IMG/VR virus record: IMGVR_UViG_3300031992_004563
Location: 265,798-329,797 of that record
Origin: a virus
Lineage: Duplodnaviria > Heunggongvirae > Uroviricota > Caudoviricetes
Reading direction: 5' to 3' (one strand)
Length of the DNA: 64,000 bases
Below, piece after piece: positions 1 to 10,013 of the stretch. Both the position numbers and the translations under genes were made by a program. The first letter of the stretch is position 1. Every line of letters begins with the position of its first letter. Under the pieces are notes generated by a model. It was not told the origin of the DNA, searched no databases, and saw only the letters and a list, made by a program, of their open reading frames with translations.

Positions 1-241
1 ATAGCGATTACACTGGAGCTTACAGGCTAGGCTACGATGGTTATATGGACATTAGCAATAAGAATGACGAGTATCGTACTTTCGTTTGCCTACACTTTGG
101 CGACGCGTTAGCGTCTTAATAAATAATAAAACTAATTTTTATTAATTATATGATTAAAAAATTGTCAAAATCACAGGTTTACATAATGTTTTTAATGTGT
201 CTGATTCTGATCTTGATATAACTTCTATAATATAAAAAAAG

Positions 242-1234
242 ATGCGATCAGAAATTAATCAAAACAGCATATTATTTTTAACTGCAAGTGAAGATACATC
301 ATATGGTTATCTAGATGGAAACAAATATATTTGGACAATGGGAACATTATATCCAACTAACAGTTATGATGAAATTATCAAAGATAATGAAGAAGTTATT
401 GCAACTTCAATAACAACAATGGCAAACACTTTAGGATTAAACAGTAGCCTTAATGTTGAATGGAGTGAAGAATCTGGTTTAACTGAAGATACTATTAAAG
501 CTGCTATAGAGGACATTGCAAAAAACAAACAAGATGTATTGATAACTGGTCAAAATATTTCAATCGATGCTTCTAATAATATATCTGCAGAAGGATATGT
601 ATTTAATATAATAAATGGTGCATTTGCAGAAAAATATAAACAACTTCCAAATGAAGGTGGCCAAATAGTATCAAATATTATTAGTCAATCTGGATCACAT
701 GCCGAAGGTTATAATACAGAATCTTTAAATTACGGAAGTCACTCTGAAGGATATAAAACTAAAGCATTAGGCGTAGGTTCTCACGCAGAAGGACAAAGCA
801 CTGAAGCAACTGGAAATTATACTCACGCTGAAGGCTCTTTAAATGTAGCTTCCGCCTTGGCTGCTCACGCAGAAGGCTAGAGTTCAACTGCTTCTGGCCA
901 AGGTTCTCACGCAGAAGGTCTTCGAACAGTTACATCTAACACAGTCGCTCACGCAGAAGGCGAATCAACAACTGCTTCTGGTCAAGGTTCTCACACAGAA
1001 GGTAAAGGCACAACAGCATCTGGTTTATTATCACACGCTAAAGGCTTTAATTCAACGGCATCAGAACAATGTTCTCACGCAGAAGGCTATAATACTTCAG
1101 CATCAGGACACTCATCACACACTGAAGGTTCTCGTACAATTGCATCTAATGAATGTGAACACGCGCAAGGTAATTGTAATGTATCACATAAAAATTCAAA
1201 TACCTATGGTGATGCAGGAAACACAATAGATTAA
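242..1234 (+). CDS. Tail-fibre-like repetitive protein, about 14-aa repeats (xSHAEGxxTxASGxG); read through an in-frame TAG at 878-880
   Basis: ATG at 242 follows an AT-rich intergenic region. Frame 2 is open from 242 to TAA at 1232-1234 apart from one TAG at 878-880. The SHAEG-type repeat continues unchanged across the TAG. Confidence 0.5.
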
Positions 1235-1252
1235 CTTGGTATTGGACATTTA

Positions 1253-1444
1253 TTGAATGATGTTCCTCAAAGAAAAAATGCAATTGAAGTAATGCAAAAT
1301 GGTGACTACTATTTATATGGTGTAGGTGGTTATCAAGGAACTGATACGAAAGTTCAAAATGCTTCAATTTTAACATTACAAGAATACATTGTATCACTTG
1401 AAGCACGTATTGCTGCATTAGAAGGTAACACTCCAGTATCATAA
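1253..1444 (+). CDS. Short coiled-coil/fibre C-terminal-like ORF (…QEYIVSLEARIAALEGN) in the same frame as 242-1234, separated only by TAA 1232-1234; TTG start in ORF track
   Basis: Same frame (2) as the upstream repeat protein. The heptad-like C-terminus resembles fibre trimerisation segments. Could be a separate small gene or the 3-prime part of a disrupted fibre gene. Confidence 0.3.
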   Translation: MNDVPQRKNAIEVMQNGDYYLYGVGGYQGTDTKVQNASILTLQEYIVSLEARIAALEGNTPVS

Positions 1445-1626
1445 TTCAAATAATGCATAATAACAAAATAATGGGATTCCAAAAGATTCCCATTATTTAT
1501 TTTTCATTTGAACAAAAATATATAAAAAGTAAACATTTATTATTCAAAAAATTAACGGTTCAGATCATCTATTATATAGATCTATTTCCAGATCCATTTG
1601 ATCTGCTTCTAGATAATATAGTATAT

Positions 1627-2448
1627 TTAGTGGCATTTTTCTAATCCTTCTTTAACAGATATGTATTTATTTAATATATTTGGAATACTAAAATCAACTT
1701 CTTGATCTGGATTATCTTTATCTCGTTTTTTATCTGTTAATACATATGCTCGTCCATATAAATCCGCAAATTCTTTAATTGTTATTTTTTCCGGATTGAC
1801 ACAATTATACAATCCTCCATTTTTATTTCCGGCTTCTATAATTCCTCTTACTGCATCATCAATATATGTAAAACATCTTGTATTTTGTCCATTATTATAT
1901 AATTCAACCCAATCTAAATGTTTTAAACACCATAATAAAGTGTCTTTTCTTGGTTCTGGTCCATATACATTATGAAGTCTTACTCCTGTTGCATATGGTG
2001 CATAAATTCTTGCAAAATCTTCATTGAATCTTTTGCTTAATCCATATAATGAAGTTGTGTTATTATTATTTGCGGTGCTGCTTGATGTATAAACCAGTTT
2101 AATTCCACGTTCATTACATATTTTAGCAAGTTTAACAAACGCTATTATATTATCTTCAACAATTGCATCTAAATCATTATTAAATACGCTTGTTTGTGCA
2201 GCCAAATGATAAACAATATCTATATTATACAAATTAATTAAAAATTCTATATGATTGACATCCATTCCGTGTTTTTTGTCGACTTCATATATATTTGATG
2301 TTGGATATGATTCTCTAAGTTTTTTAACTAATTCTTTTCCTATAAATCCATCACTTCCAGTCACAATAATATTTCTTTTTGCATTGTCATTTGGCATCAT
2401 TATCAATTCAGTATGTGAGTCATTAAATGTGCAATCCAAAACACCCAT
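1627..2448 (-). CDS. NAD-dependent epimerase/dehydratase (extended SDR family)
   Basis: Rossmann motif IIVTGSDGFIGKEL and a YxxxK catalytic motif (YGLSK). The 26-aa extension before the Rossmann motif suggests the true start may be the internal MM at residues 17-18. Confidence 0.7.
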   Translation of the reverse strand: MGVLDCTFNDSHTELIMMPNDNAKRNIIVTGSDGFIGKELVKKLRESYPTSNIYEVDKKHGMDVNHIEFLINLYNIDIVYHLAAQTSVFNNDLDAIVEDNIIAFVKLAKICNERGIKLVYTSSSTANNNNTTSLYGLSKRFNEDFARIYAPYATGVRLHNVYGPEPRKDTLLWCLKHLDWVELYNNGQNTRCFTYIDDAVRGIIEAGNKNGGLYNCVNPEKITIKEFADLYGRAYVLTDKKRDKDNPDQEVDFSIPNILNKYISVKEGLEKCH

Positions 2449-2451
2449 TGA

Positions 2452-3036
2452 CTAAAATATTTCACATTTATTATCTATTGTTATGAATTTTTGATTTGGA
2501 TCATTAGAATATTTTTTAAATGCATGACGCATTATAAATTGTTCTGAATTTTTTAGATTTTCAATATTTAAAAACTCTAATGATTCTTGATAGAATTTTT
2601 TAAGTGCTTCTTTTTTGCCTATACAGCATCCTGCATTAAAATATCTATATGGTCCTAAATGAATTCTATTTGGAATGCAATCAATAAAAACATCTGGATA
2701 ATTATTACATGATGGATTATATATAATGTCATAACCAATCCTTAAATACTTATCTACTATGTCATCTAGATGTGTCAAGAGAACATCGTAGCCATCTAAA
2801 AATAAAACATATTCTTGATCTATTTTTTCTAATGTATCTAAGAAAAATCTTATTTTATTTGGCATATACCATTGCTGTGTAGTATCATAATCTTTTGGAA
2901 CACAATTAATCAATGGAATATTATATTTTTTGCATTGTTGAAATAAACAGCAATCTTCGTCAGAAGTCCATGTAGAAATAATTGCCAATTTAGATTTATC
3001 ATAATTCGCATTAACTTGATGCTCATTGAAAATCAT
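2452..3036 (-). CDS. Hypothetical protein, possible nucleotide-sugar transferase (DGYD/DxD-like motif); ends in TAG, same frame as the epimerase ORF
   Basis: 194-aa ORF. Its stop is TAG (2452-2454) and the downstream epimerase ORF is in the same frame. A fusion by TAG read-through cannot be excluded from sequence alone. Confidence 0.4.
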   Translation of the reverse strand: MIFNEHQVNANYDKSKLAIISTWTSDEDCCLFQQCKKYNIPLINCVPKDYDTTQQWYMPNKIRFFLDTLEKIDQEYVLFLDGYDVLLTHLDDIVDKYLRIGYDIIYNPSCNNYPDVFIDCIPNRIHLGPYRYFNAGCCIGKKEALKKFYQESLEFLNIENLKNSEQFIMRHAFKKYSNDPNQKFITIDNKCEIF

Positions 3037-3236
3037 ATCAAATGTTCTTGGAAGTTGAGATTTATTCTATCCATGAAAATGAAGAACATTTGGATAAAAA
3101 TTATTAAAATTTGTTATTTTCATTATTATTTTTGCATAATATTTTAAAATTATATGTTATTTATAGATAAATGTTTTAATAAATATATTGAAAACAAATT
3201 GAAATAAACGAGTTAATAAAAATATATTTTTTAATT

Positions 3237-3617
3237 ATGGCAAAGAAGAAAAGAAAAACATGGATATCTCGTTTATTTGATATGGATGATTCTACCGTAT
3301 CAGCATCAACTGTCTTTTTATTTTTAACATCATTTATTGCATTATTTCTTTTATTAGTTCCAGCCGTTGCAATGCTAATTGAAGTTTATTTTAATCATAC
3401 TATTGCATCCGATATTTCCGGAATGGCAGAATATATTGCAGCTGTTTGTGGAATATTTGCATCTGGTGGAATTCTGAAAGGATGGACAAATTATACAAAT
3501 TATAGATTCAATAAAAAATCTAAAGAGGAAATTGCTCACAAATTAGAAAAAGAAATAAAAGAAGAACTTGAAGATGAAAATGATTCAGATGATGAAGAAC
3601 CTGAATTAGATGCATAA
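3237..3617 (+). CDS. Small membrane protein with two predicted TM helices and a highly acidic C-terminus (holin-like topology)
   Basis: Hydrophobic stretches VFLFLTSFIALFLLLVPAVAMLI and IAAVCGIFASGGIL, then a D/E-rich tail. Confidence 0.4.
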   Translation: MAKKKRKTWISRLFDMDDSTVSASTVFLFLTSFIALFLLLVPAVAMLIEVYFNHTIASDISGMAEYIAAVCGIFASGGILKGWTNYTNYRFNKKSKEEIAHKLEKEIKEELEDENDSDDEEPELDA

Positions 3618-3620
3618 TAA

Positions 3621-3648
3621 AAAGGAACTCTAAAATGAGTTCCTTTAA
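3621..3648 (+). terminator. Stem-loop terminator (AAAGGAACTC…GAGTTCCTTT)
   Basis: Perfect 10-bp inverted repeat immediately after the stop of 3237-3617, followed by T-rich sequence. Confidence 0.5.
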
Positions 3649-3654
3649 TTTCGT

Positions 3655-3700
3655 GGATCTAGTGGGATTCGAACCCACGTGTTACATATGTTCCAACCTG
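3655..3700 (-). tRNA. tRNA-like 3-prime half (T-arm GTGGG-TTCGAAT-CCCAC plus acceptor strand and an encoded CCA). No matching 5-prime half or anticodon arm could be folded.
   Basis: The minus strand reads …GTGGGTTCGAATCCCACTAGATCCA. The T-arm is canonical and close to that of the tRNA-Arg at 13159-13232. The complementary 5-prime acceptor strand GGATCTA was not found upstream. Confidence 0.3.
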
Positions 3701-4140
3701 CTTTCTACATGTTTAGTTTGATTTAATTTTCGTATATTGCTAAACCTCAAACTAGCCAACAATATCTTAAGCTATTATAATTTCAAATTTGTTTAATAGC
3801 ATCACAAATTCTAATATCCAATATTTCTGCACCACTATAATCAATTCACCCTTGGATTATGGGTTTGAGTGATGTATGGTGAAATTACCTTGTAACTTCA
3901 TTAAGCGTGATCTTACTGTACTTCAGATCAAGCAGCCATAGCGTATTCATCTTCGCCATTTATTATTTTCAAAGAACATTTATTAGACGCATATCTTTAT
4001 GGCGTCACATGCTTACAAATCAAAATCAATGCAGTCAAAACCAAATAGACCCATAATTTTAATTTATATATTTATTATAAACAAAAACTGTAAAAAGTTT
4101 CAAAAATAAATATAAAAATAAAAATTTATTTTTGAATAAA

Positions 4141-4443
4141 ATGAATAGTTCAACAAATGAAGTTTTAAAAAGAACATTATCTACTACAAATGCACATGTA
4201 GAATTAGATCATATGACTACAATGACCGAATAGTTGGGTGATGTTTCTATTGATGTTAGCGCATATTATGATTATGATAAAACAGAAATTCCAGCGGATC
4301 CAAGCATATCTGAAGAAGATATAGTTAAAATGCGTCATACACATTTATATTTAGAAAGTAATAATTCTTCTACATATTTTACAGATATGTTTCAATATTA
4401 TATAGATAATAGTTTATATCCAACCACAAATTTTTTTAAATAA
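4141..4443 (+). CDS. Hypothetical protein with one in-frame TAG (4231-4233)
   Basis: ATG at 4141 with a TAtttTTG -7-like box about 15 nt upstream. Frame 1 is open through the TAG to TAA at 4441-4443. Confidence 0.45.
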
Positions 4444-4450
4444 TTAAAAT

Positions 4451-6601
4451 ATGTCAAAAAAATATACAAATAAAAGTAAATTATTAGGAAAGATTGGCAC
4501 TGAAAATTATAGAGTATCAAATTGCCCAGTACATTTACCTAAAGAAAATGTCAAGTTTTTTATGGCAATGCAAGATGCAGGAAATAAAGATCCATTTTCT
4601 TCTAATACATGGAGTAATCAAATTACGCCTGATTGGATGAAACCATTTCATGAATCTGTTGTATCTGCAATTTCTAAAGGAATTAAAAATGCATTAAATG
4701 AATCAAATGGTCTTGTGTCTGAAGAAGAATGTCTAAGAGCAAATTTGGTTTGTTTATATGATCATTCAGAACAAAATAATTTCTTTATTATTAAAAATCC
4801 TAGTGTAGAAGATATTAAAGAAATTGGAACATTTCATGATAGATATTATTGGCATAAAAAGGATACAGACGATAAAAAAGATCGTTTGATTGCTGATATG
4901 ATACAATGGGCGTTTTATAATATTAAATTAGATGGGTTAACTAGTATAGAATATGATGATGAAAATGTTAATTTATGTAGTTTTGGTTTAAAAAATGATG
5001 AAGAACTTTATAAATCTGTATATAAATTATATTTAGATAAAGATTAGTGGGCAGATAGTTCAAAATTATTAGATAGATTAAAATATGTTTTAAATATGAT
5101 TGATCAAAGTGTATTAAATAAACGAGATCATTATGGTTTTGGACTTGGTACACGTTTGTCTTTCATTGAATATTTTTTTAAAGAATATAAAGAAAATTTA
5201 GAACGATATAATACAAAAGACGATAAAGATTATTATTTAAAACGCATAAAAGAAAAGGAACAAATATTGTCTTCATATGATTCATTTAAATCATATATGA
5301 AAGATTAGGTTAAAAAATCTGTATGTGCTGGTGATTCTAGTAGTGCTACACTATTATTGAATTTAAAAACTGAATAGATTTTTGATCAAGCACCTAAAAC
5401 AATAATTCATTTTATAAAAACATTTCAAGAATATAAAGATGAAATGTATAAAATTTTAACCGAAGATCATAAATTAAAAGAATCTCAAGAATTTGATTTT
5501 AATTCTTTATTAAATGAATCACAAGTAAATTTAGCAATTGATGATTTTGATTATAGTGATGCATCAATAAATAATGTAAAATCTGATATAATTGATGTTA
5601 ATGATGTCATTAAACATAGAATTGAATTAAATAAATTTAATGAGTTATGTGAAAAGGTAAGTGTTTTCAATATCACTTCTAATGAATTTTATCAAATTTG
5701 TAAATTACATAATTAGTATGGTTTTAAATATACTGTAAAAGCAGGCACAGATGGCAATGCTGAAGAATTATCAGAATTAATTGAATACATTACAAAAAAT
5801 ATTGATACAGAAGTTGATTTAAACTGGATTGATGTTACTTAGATAACTGATATGTCTTATCTTTTTAATAAATCATAGTTTAATGGTGATATTTCAGAAT
5901 GGGATGTTTCTAATGTAAAAGATATGGCACATATGTTTGACCAATGTGCATTTGATGGAACATTCTCAGATATTTCTGGGTGGGATGTTTCCAAAGTTGA
6001 ATGGTTTGATGGAATGTTTTCATATTCGCCATTCAATAAACCAGATATTTGCAACTGGAATATGAAAAATGCTCATAGTACGACTGGAATGTTTACTGAT
6101 TCAGTATTCTGTCAAGATATTTCAAATTGGAATCTTCCATTAGGATGTGATGTAACTCATATGTTTAGCGCAGATTTCCCACAAAGTTATAAGCCAAAAG
6201 TTATTAAAGACATAATTAAAAAAGCTAAAGACGAATTCGATGAAGATGTTGAAGATTAGGAATCATTTGAAGATGAAAGAATTCGTAATGGATATGATGA
6301 TGACACAGATGATTCGTATAATGATGAAGATGATTCAGATGTTAATGAAGGATTTGTATTTGAAGGCGAATGTGCAGGAGATTGTGGTGGTGTTTCAGGA
6401 TCTTATAATATACCAATGAATACTGTTGGTGTTGGAAATATTGTTCCTGCTGGTACACCCGCAATGACAGGATCACAACAAGCAAATGATTCTTAGAATG
6501 GTTCTGGTGATATTACCATTCCCACATCGTCGAAGAAAAAATCAAAAACTAAAATAAAAGAAAAAGAAACTTTATACTTTCCTATCGCTGTCAAGAAATA
6601 A
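4451..6601 (+). CDS. BspA/DUF285-type repeat surface protein (repeat FNGDISxWDVSxVxxMxxMF) with an acidic C-terminal region; 8 in-frame TAG codons
   Basis: Four track ORFs (4451, 5096, 5444, 5924) all lie in frame 2 and are separated only by TAG codons (5045, 5306, 5381, 5714, 5840, 5876, 6257, 6494). There is no TAA or TGA in frame until 6599-6601. The DUF285-like repeats are clear in the 5924-6259 segment. Confidence 0.6.
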
Positions 6602-6699
6602 TTAATAATTAATAACTAGAAAAGGATTTATCTTTCCGTTAATTACAAGTAATTATTTTAGGACTCCGCGACGAAAAGTTTTTTCGCTGCAGTGTATTA

Positions 6700-7440
6700 A
6701 TGAAAAATATTAGTAAACAAATATTAGAAGCTGTACATAGAGGTATTCAATTGGCACTAGATGATATAGAAAATAATGATTTAAATAATTCTATATCATC
6801 TAAAAATGATATCATAGATAGTGAAGATTATATTACAAATAAAATAAAGTTTGAAAAATTATCTAAACAAATTCATAAATATTTAGATGATTCATTATAT
6901 ACAAGTGAAAATGAAAAATTAACATAGGCAATATTTGATATAGCAGAAATATGTAAACATTTTCCATTTAAATTTAAAGTTTCTACAGAATTTGAGCTTA
7001 TATATATTATTGATGTATTAATAGTTAATGACCCTGAAATAAATTTAAATTGGGTAGATACATCTAATATAACCCTTATGAAACGATTATTTATGAATAA
7101 AAAATTCAATGGTGACATTTCAAAATGGGATACATCTAATGTAATTAGTATGGATAGTATGTTTTATGGATCTACATTCAATGGTGATATTTCCAAATGG
7201 AATGTATCTAAAGTTAAAAATGCTAATCAAATGTTTGCACATTCAGATTTTAATTCACCTATTGGAAATTGGAAATTTAAATCATTGCAATCTGGCGATG
7301 AAATGTTTTGGGGAACAAATTTTAACCAAGACATATCAGAATGGGGTGATTATATATCAAAAGATGAAACAATAAGAGATTTATTAGTTGGTGCTAATAA
7401 ACTTAGAAAGTATAATAGGCCAAAGGGCTATAATATTTAA
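6700..7440 (+). CDS. Second DUF285/BspA-type repeat protein; one in-frame TAG (6925-6927)
   Basis: ORFs 6700-6927 and 7078-7440 share frame 1 and are separated by a single TAG with no other stops. Repeats FNGDISKWDTSNV…MF, FNGDISKWNVSKV…MF and FNQDISEW are present. Confidence 0.6.
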
Positions 7441-7472
7441 ATAATAAATAATAAAAGAATTAATTTTAATTT

Positions 7473-7823
7473 ATGGAACCAAAAGAAAGAACAGAGAGAA
7501 CAGCTTATCCAAATGGCCCAAAGGTTAGTGTTGCATCAGTAAATGATGGAGGCGATAATCTTGGTCAAGATTTTAATTTGGATTCTGATGATACTAATGC
7601 TGATACATATTTTGAAGGTGGCGATTTAAATTTTGAAGATGATAATGCACCATCTACAGAAGATATTGAAAAAGCTGAAGAAGAAGTAAAGAAAATGTCT
7701 GATGAAGAAATTAAAATTAAAGCATTAAATCAAGCTGTTAATGTTGCAAAATTAATGTCAAATGTTGGAACAGATGATGTTATTGAAATTGCAAAGAAAT
7801 TAGCTAAATTTATTAAAGGATAA
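7473..7823 (+). CDS. Acidic protein with a conserved C-terminal helix (…ALNQAVNVAKLMSNVGTDDVIEIAKKLAKFIKG)
   Basis: 116-aa ORF. The N-terminus is D/E-rich and the C-terminal 35 aa are paralogous to 7860-8261. Confidence 0.5.
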   Translation: MEPKERTERTAYPNGPKVSVASVNDGGDNLGQDFNLDSDDTNADTYFEGGDLNFEDDNAPSTEDIEKAEEEVKKMSDEEIKIKALNQAVNVAKLMSNVGTDDVIEIAKKLAKFIKG

Positions 7824-7859
7824 TAATTAAAGAATAATAAAAAATATATCAAATATATT

Positions 7860-8261
7860 ATGAACGTTAATTTACAAAAGTTTATTGAAGAACATATGCT
7901 TCCAAAAAATGAAAAACCCCTAAATGAAGGTGAAATGCTTTAGGAAGATGTTCTTAATGAAGATGATGTTAATGAAGCAAATGAGTCAAAGCCAATGACA
8001 GAAGAAGAGCTCAAAATTGAATCATTAAAAATTGCTACTAATATTGCAAAGTTGATGTCTGATGTAACTACTGATGATATTATTACTATTGCTGATAAAG
8101 TATCAGGTTTTATTCGTGATCACCAAATTGGTTCTGAAGAAACTAAATCTGAAGAATCAGATGTAGCTGCTGATTTAGAATTACCATCTGATGAAGAAAG
8201 TTCTGAAGAAAAACCAGAAGAATCATCTGAAGAAAATAAAGAAGAAAATTCTGCTGAATAA
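7860..8261 (+). CDS. Paralogue of 7473-7823 with an acidic Ser/Glu-rich tail; one in-frame TAG (7941-7943)
   Basis: ATG at 7860 is in frame 0 with the track ORF 7995-8261. The shared motif LKIESLKIATNIAKLMSDVTTDDIITIADKV matches the upstream gene. Confidence 0.5.
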
Positions 8262-8266
8262 TTATA

Positions 8267-8926
8267 ATGGCTAAGAAAAAGAAAATAGAACATCCATTTA
8301 CAGTTGTTTATGTATATGCTCCTGAACAATATAAGCAAGCATATATGGAAGGCAAAGAAATTCCTCGAGTAAAAATTGGGGAAACATATGCTGATGCAAA
8401 TGATTGTCAAACCTGTATGGAAGCTTCTATGAAAAGAATTAATCAATAGTCAACTTCTTTTGAAGAATATAATTATTTGCTTCAATGGTTTGTATTTCCA
8501 TTTAAAGAAGGAACTGATATTGCTATTAGAAAAATTCTTACTGAAAACATTTATCATTTATCATCGTCTGCTAAGATAGATAATGTTAATGATATGAAAA
8601 TTAAAAGATATGGCGAAGATAAACGCCAATCTAAAATTGGTCAAGAATTTGCATATAAAGTTTCTATTGCACAAGTTAATACGGCAGTATCTGCATATAA
8701 ATTAAAAGCAAAAATGGAAGAACTTATAAATGACAGAGGAATTGATCCTGCATTTAAAGTCAGACTTCGAGGAATTATAACAGATATGCTGGAGAATCTT
8801 GATGATGTTGTTAAAGAATCTAAGGATTATTATGTTGAATTAAATGATATTGAAGATAATCATATTATTCACAAAAAACGCTCCAGATTCAATTTTGAAG
8901 AAGATAATATAGATTTTAATTATTAA
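8267..8926 (+). CDS. Hypothetical protein with a T5orf172/GIY-YIG-like N-terminal segment (VVYVYAP…KIGETY); one in-frame TAG (8447-8449)
   Basis: ORFs 8267-8449 and 8477-8926 are both in frame 2 and are separated by one TAG. Confidence 0.4.
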
Positions 8927-8953
8927 GTAATTAAAGTGTCCCAGAATTAAAAT

Positions 8954-8986
8954 AAATGCTATTAGAATTGATTTCTAATAGCATTT
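8954..8986. terminator. Bidirectional hairpin terminator (AAATGCTATTAGAA…TTCTAATAGCATTT) between convergent genes
   Basis: Long inverted repeat between the + gene ending 8926 and the - gene ending 8993. Confidence 0.5.
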
Positions 8987-8992
8987 GTTATT

Positions 8993-9670
8993 TTAAAATT
9001 CAAAATCAAACAAATCTTGTGTTTTTTCAAAAACTGAATTAAAATATTCAGTATTTTTATTGTCCTGTAAATAAATTAAAGTATTTCCAATATTATTTTT
9101 TCTAATATAATAATTAGTTAAATTATAATAATCTTGTAATTTTTTAGCAACCGTAGGTATAATATGTTTATTTCCATTTATATGTATAACACAAATATTT
9201 TCTGGATTTACTACATTTTTGATACATATTCCATAATTATAATTTTCTACAGTAAAACAAAATGCATAGTTTGAATAAGTGTTTTTAGATCTAAATACAT
9301 AATTACTCCAAAACATTCCACGTATGTAATAATCATATAATTCCTTTTTAACTGGAATATATTTTTCTCCTATATTGTCTTTGCTTTCTGGTGTAATTCT
9401 TAATTCTAAATAAAGGGTTGGACATAAATTATGATGTGCATATTGCATATATGCATAACCATACTCTGAAAATTTTTTATTAAACCAGTTTCTAATAAAA
9501 AACCGTTCGCCCTCATTATATTGGGATAACGTAAATTCTAATAATAGAATATTTTTACTAAGAAGTTCTTGACCATGTTGCCATTGATTCCAGCAACAAC
9601 AATTTGAATGTCCAATGAGAAAGGCCTTTAAAGGCGTGTCAATTGTTTTTAAGTTTAGTTTCTTTTCCAT
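8993..9670 (-). CDS. Hypothetical protein (Cys-rich motif GHSNCCCW)
   Basis: 225-aa ORF terminated by TAA. Confidence 0.5.
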   Translation of the reverse strand: MEKKLNLKTIDTPLKAFLIGHSNCCCWNQWQHGQELLSKNILLLEFTLSQYNEGERFFIRNWFNKKFSEYGYAYMQYAHHNLCPTLYLELRITPESKDNIGEKYIPVKKELYDYYIRGMFWSNYVFRSKNTYSNYAFCFTVENYNYGICIKNVVNPENICVIHINGNKHIIPTVAKKLQDYYNLTNYYIRKNNIGNTLIYLQDNKNTEYFNSVFEKTQDLFDFEF

Positions 9671-9780
9671 AATTTTAAAAATTTATTTTTATTAAACAAA
9701 TTTTAAACTTATATTACTTTACAGTATTTCATATAAGCCTAAACTTAAATATTATAGAATAAAAAATAAAAATAGTTTTA

Positions 9781-9817
9781 AAAATGCAATTAGAATCAGT
9801 TTCTAATTGCATTTTTT
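9781..9817 (-). terminator. Hairpin terminator (AAAATGCAATTAGAA…TTCTAATTGCATTTTTT) downstream of the OMP gene; same design as the 8954-8986 hairpin
   Basis: Inverted repeat followed by a T-run. Confidence 0.5.
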
Positions 9818-10013
9818 ATTTTATAAATTTCCATATATTATCAAAACCTAATTTAATAAATGGAAATTGAAATCTATAAGCAAGATGCAAATTAAAATAA
9901 TGTTCAGTTTTTGAATTCCCGTAATGAAAACTTAAATGTTTCCAATTATCTTTTAATGGTAATGCATGCCAATTAAATCTAATTAATCCATGTAAAAATT
10001 TATATTCCATCAT
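9816..10013 (-). CDS. 65-aa ORF resembling terminal OMP beta-strands (…YRFQFPFIKLGFDNIWKFIK); probably the frameshifted C-terminus of the 10010-10834 OMP
   Basis: The +2 frame relative to the upstream OMP ORF has a 4-nt ATGA overlap. A C-terminal aromatic-rich strand typical of the beta-barrel terminus is present. Confidence 0.35.
   Translation of the reverse strand: MMEYKFLHGLIRFNWHALPLKDNWKHLSFHYGNSKTEHYFNLHLAYRFQFPFIKLGFDNIWKFIK

Noticed and set aside
600-1150. Regular ~42-bp periodic repeats (tctcacgcagaaggt…) that could be mistaken for a CRISPR array or noncoding tandem repeat
   Set aside because: The repeats are in-frame coding repeats (SHAEG motif) within one long ORF. Spacer-like segments are not unique sequences, and there is no leader or cas context.
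1146-1442. Minus-strand ORF 1146-1442 overlapping the fibre gene end
   Set aside because: It is His/Leu-rich antisense to the coding repeat, with no start context.
2449-2454. Fusion of the 2452-3036 ORF and the epimerase ORF via TAG read-through on the minus strand
   Set aside because: They are in the same frame with only TAG-TCA between them. Most minus-strand genes here appear non-recoded, and the epimerase has a plausible internal start, so I call two genes but flag the ambiguity.
3655-3700. tRNA 3-prime end as a prophage att site marking a host/prophage junction
   Set aside because: Phage-like, recoded genes continue on both sides, and no integrase or host genes are present. The orphan fragment is reported as a finding instead.
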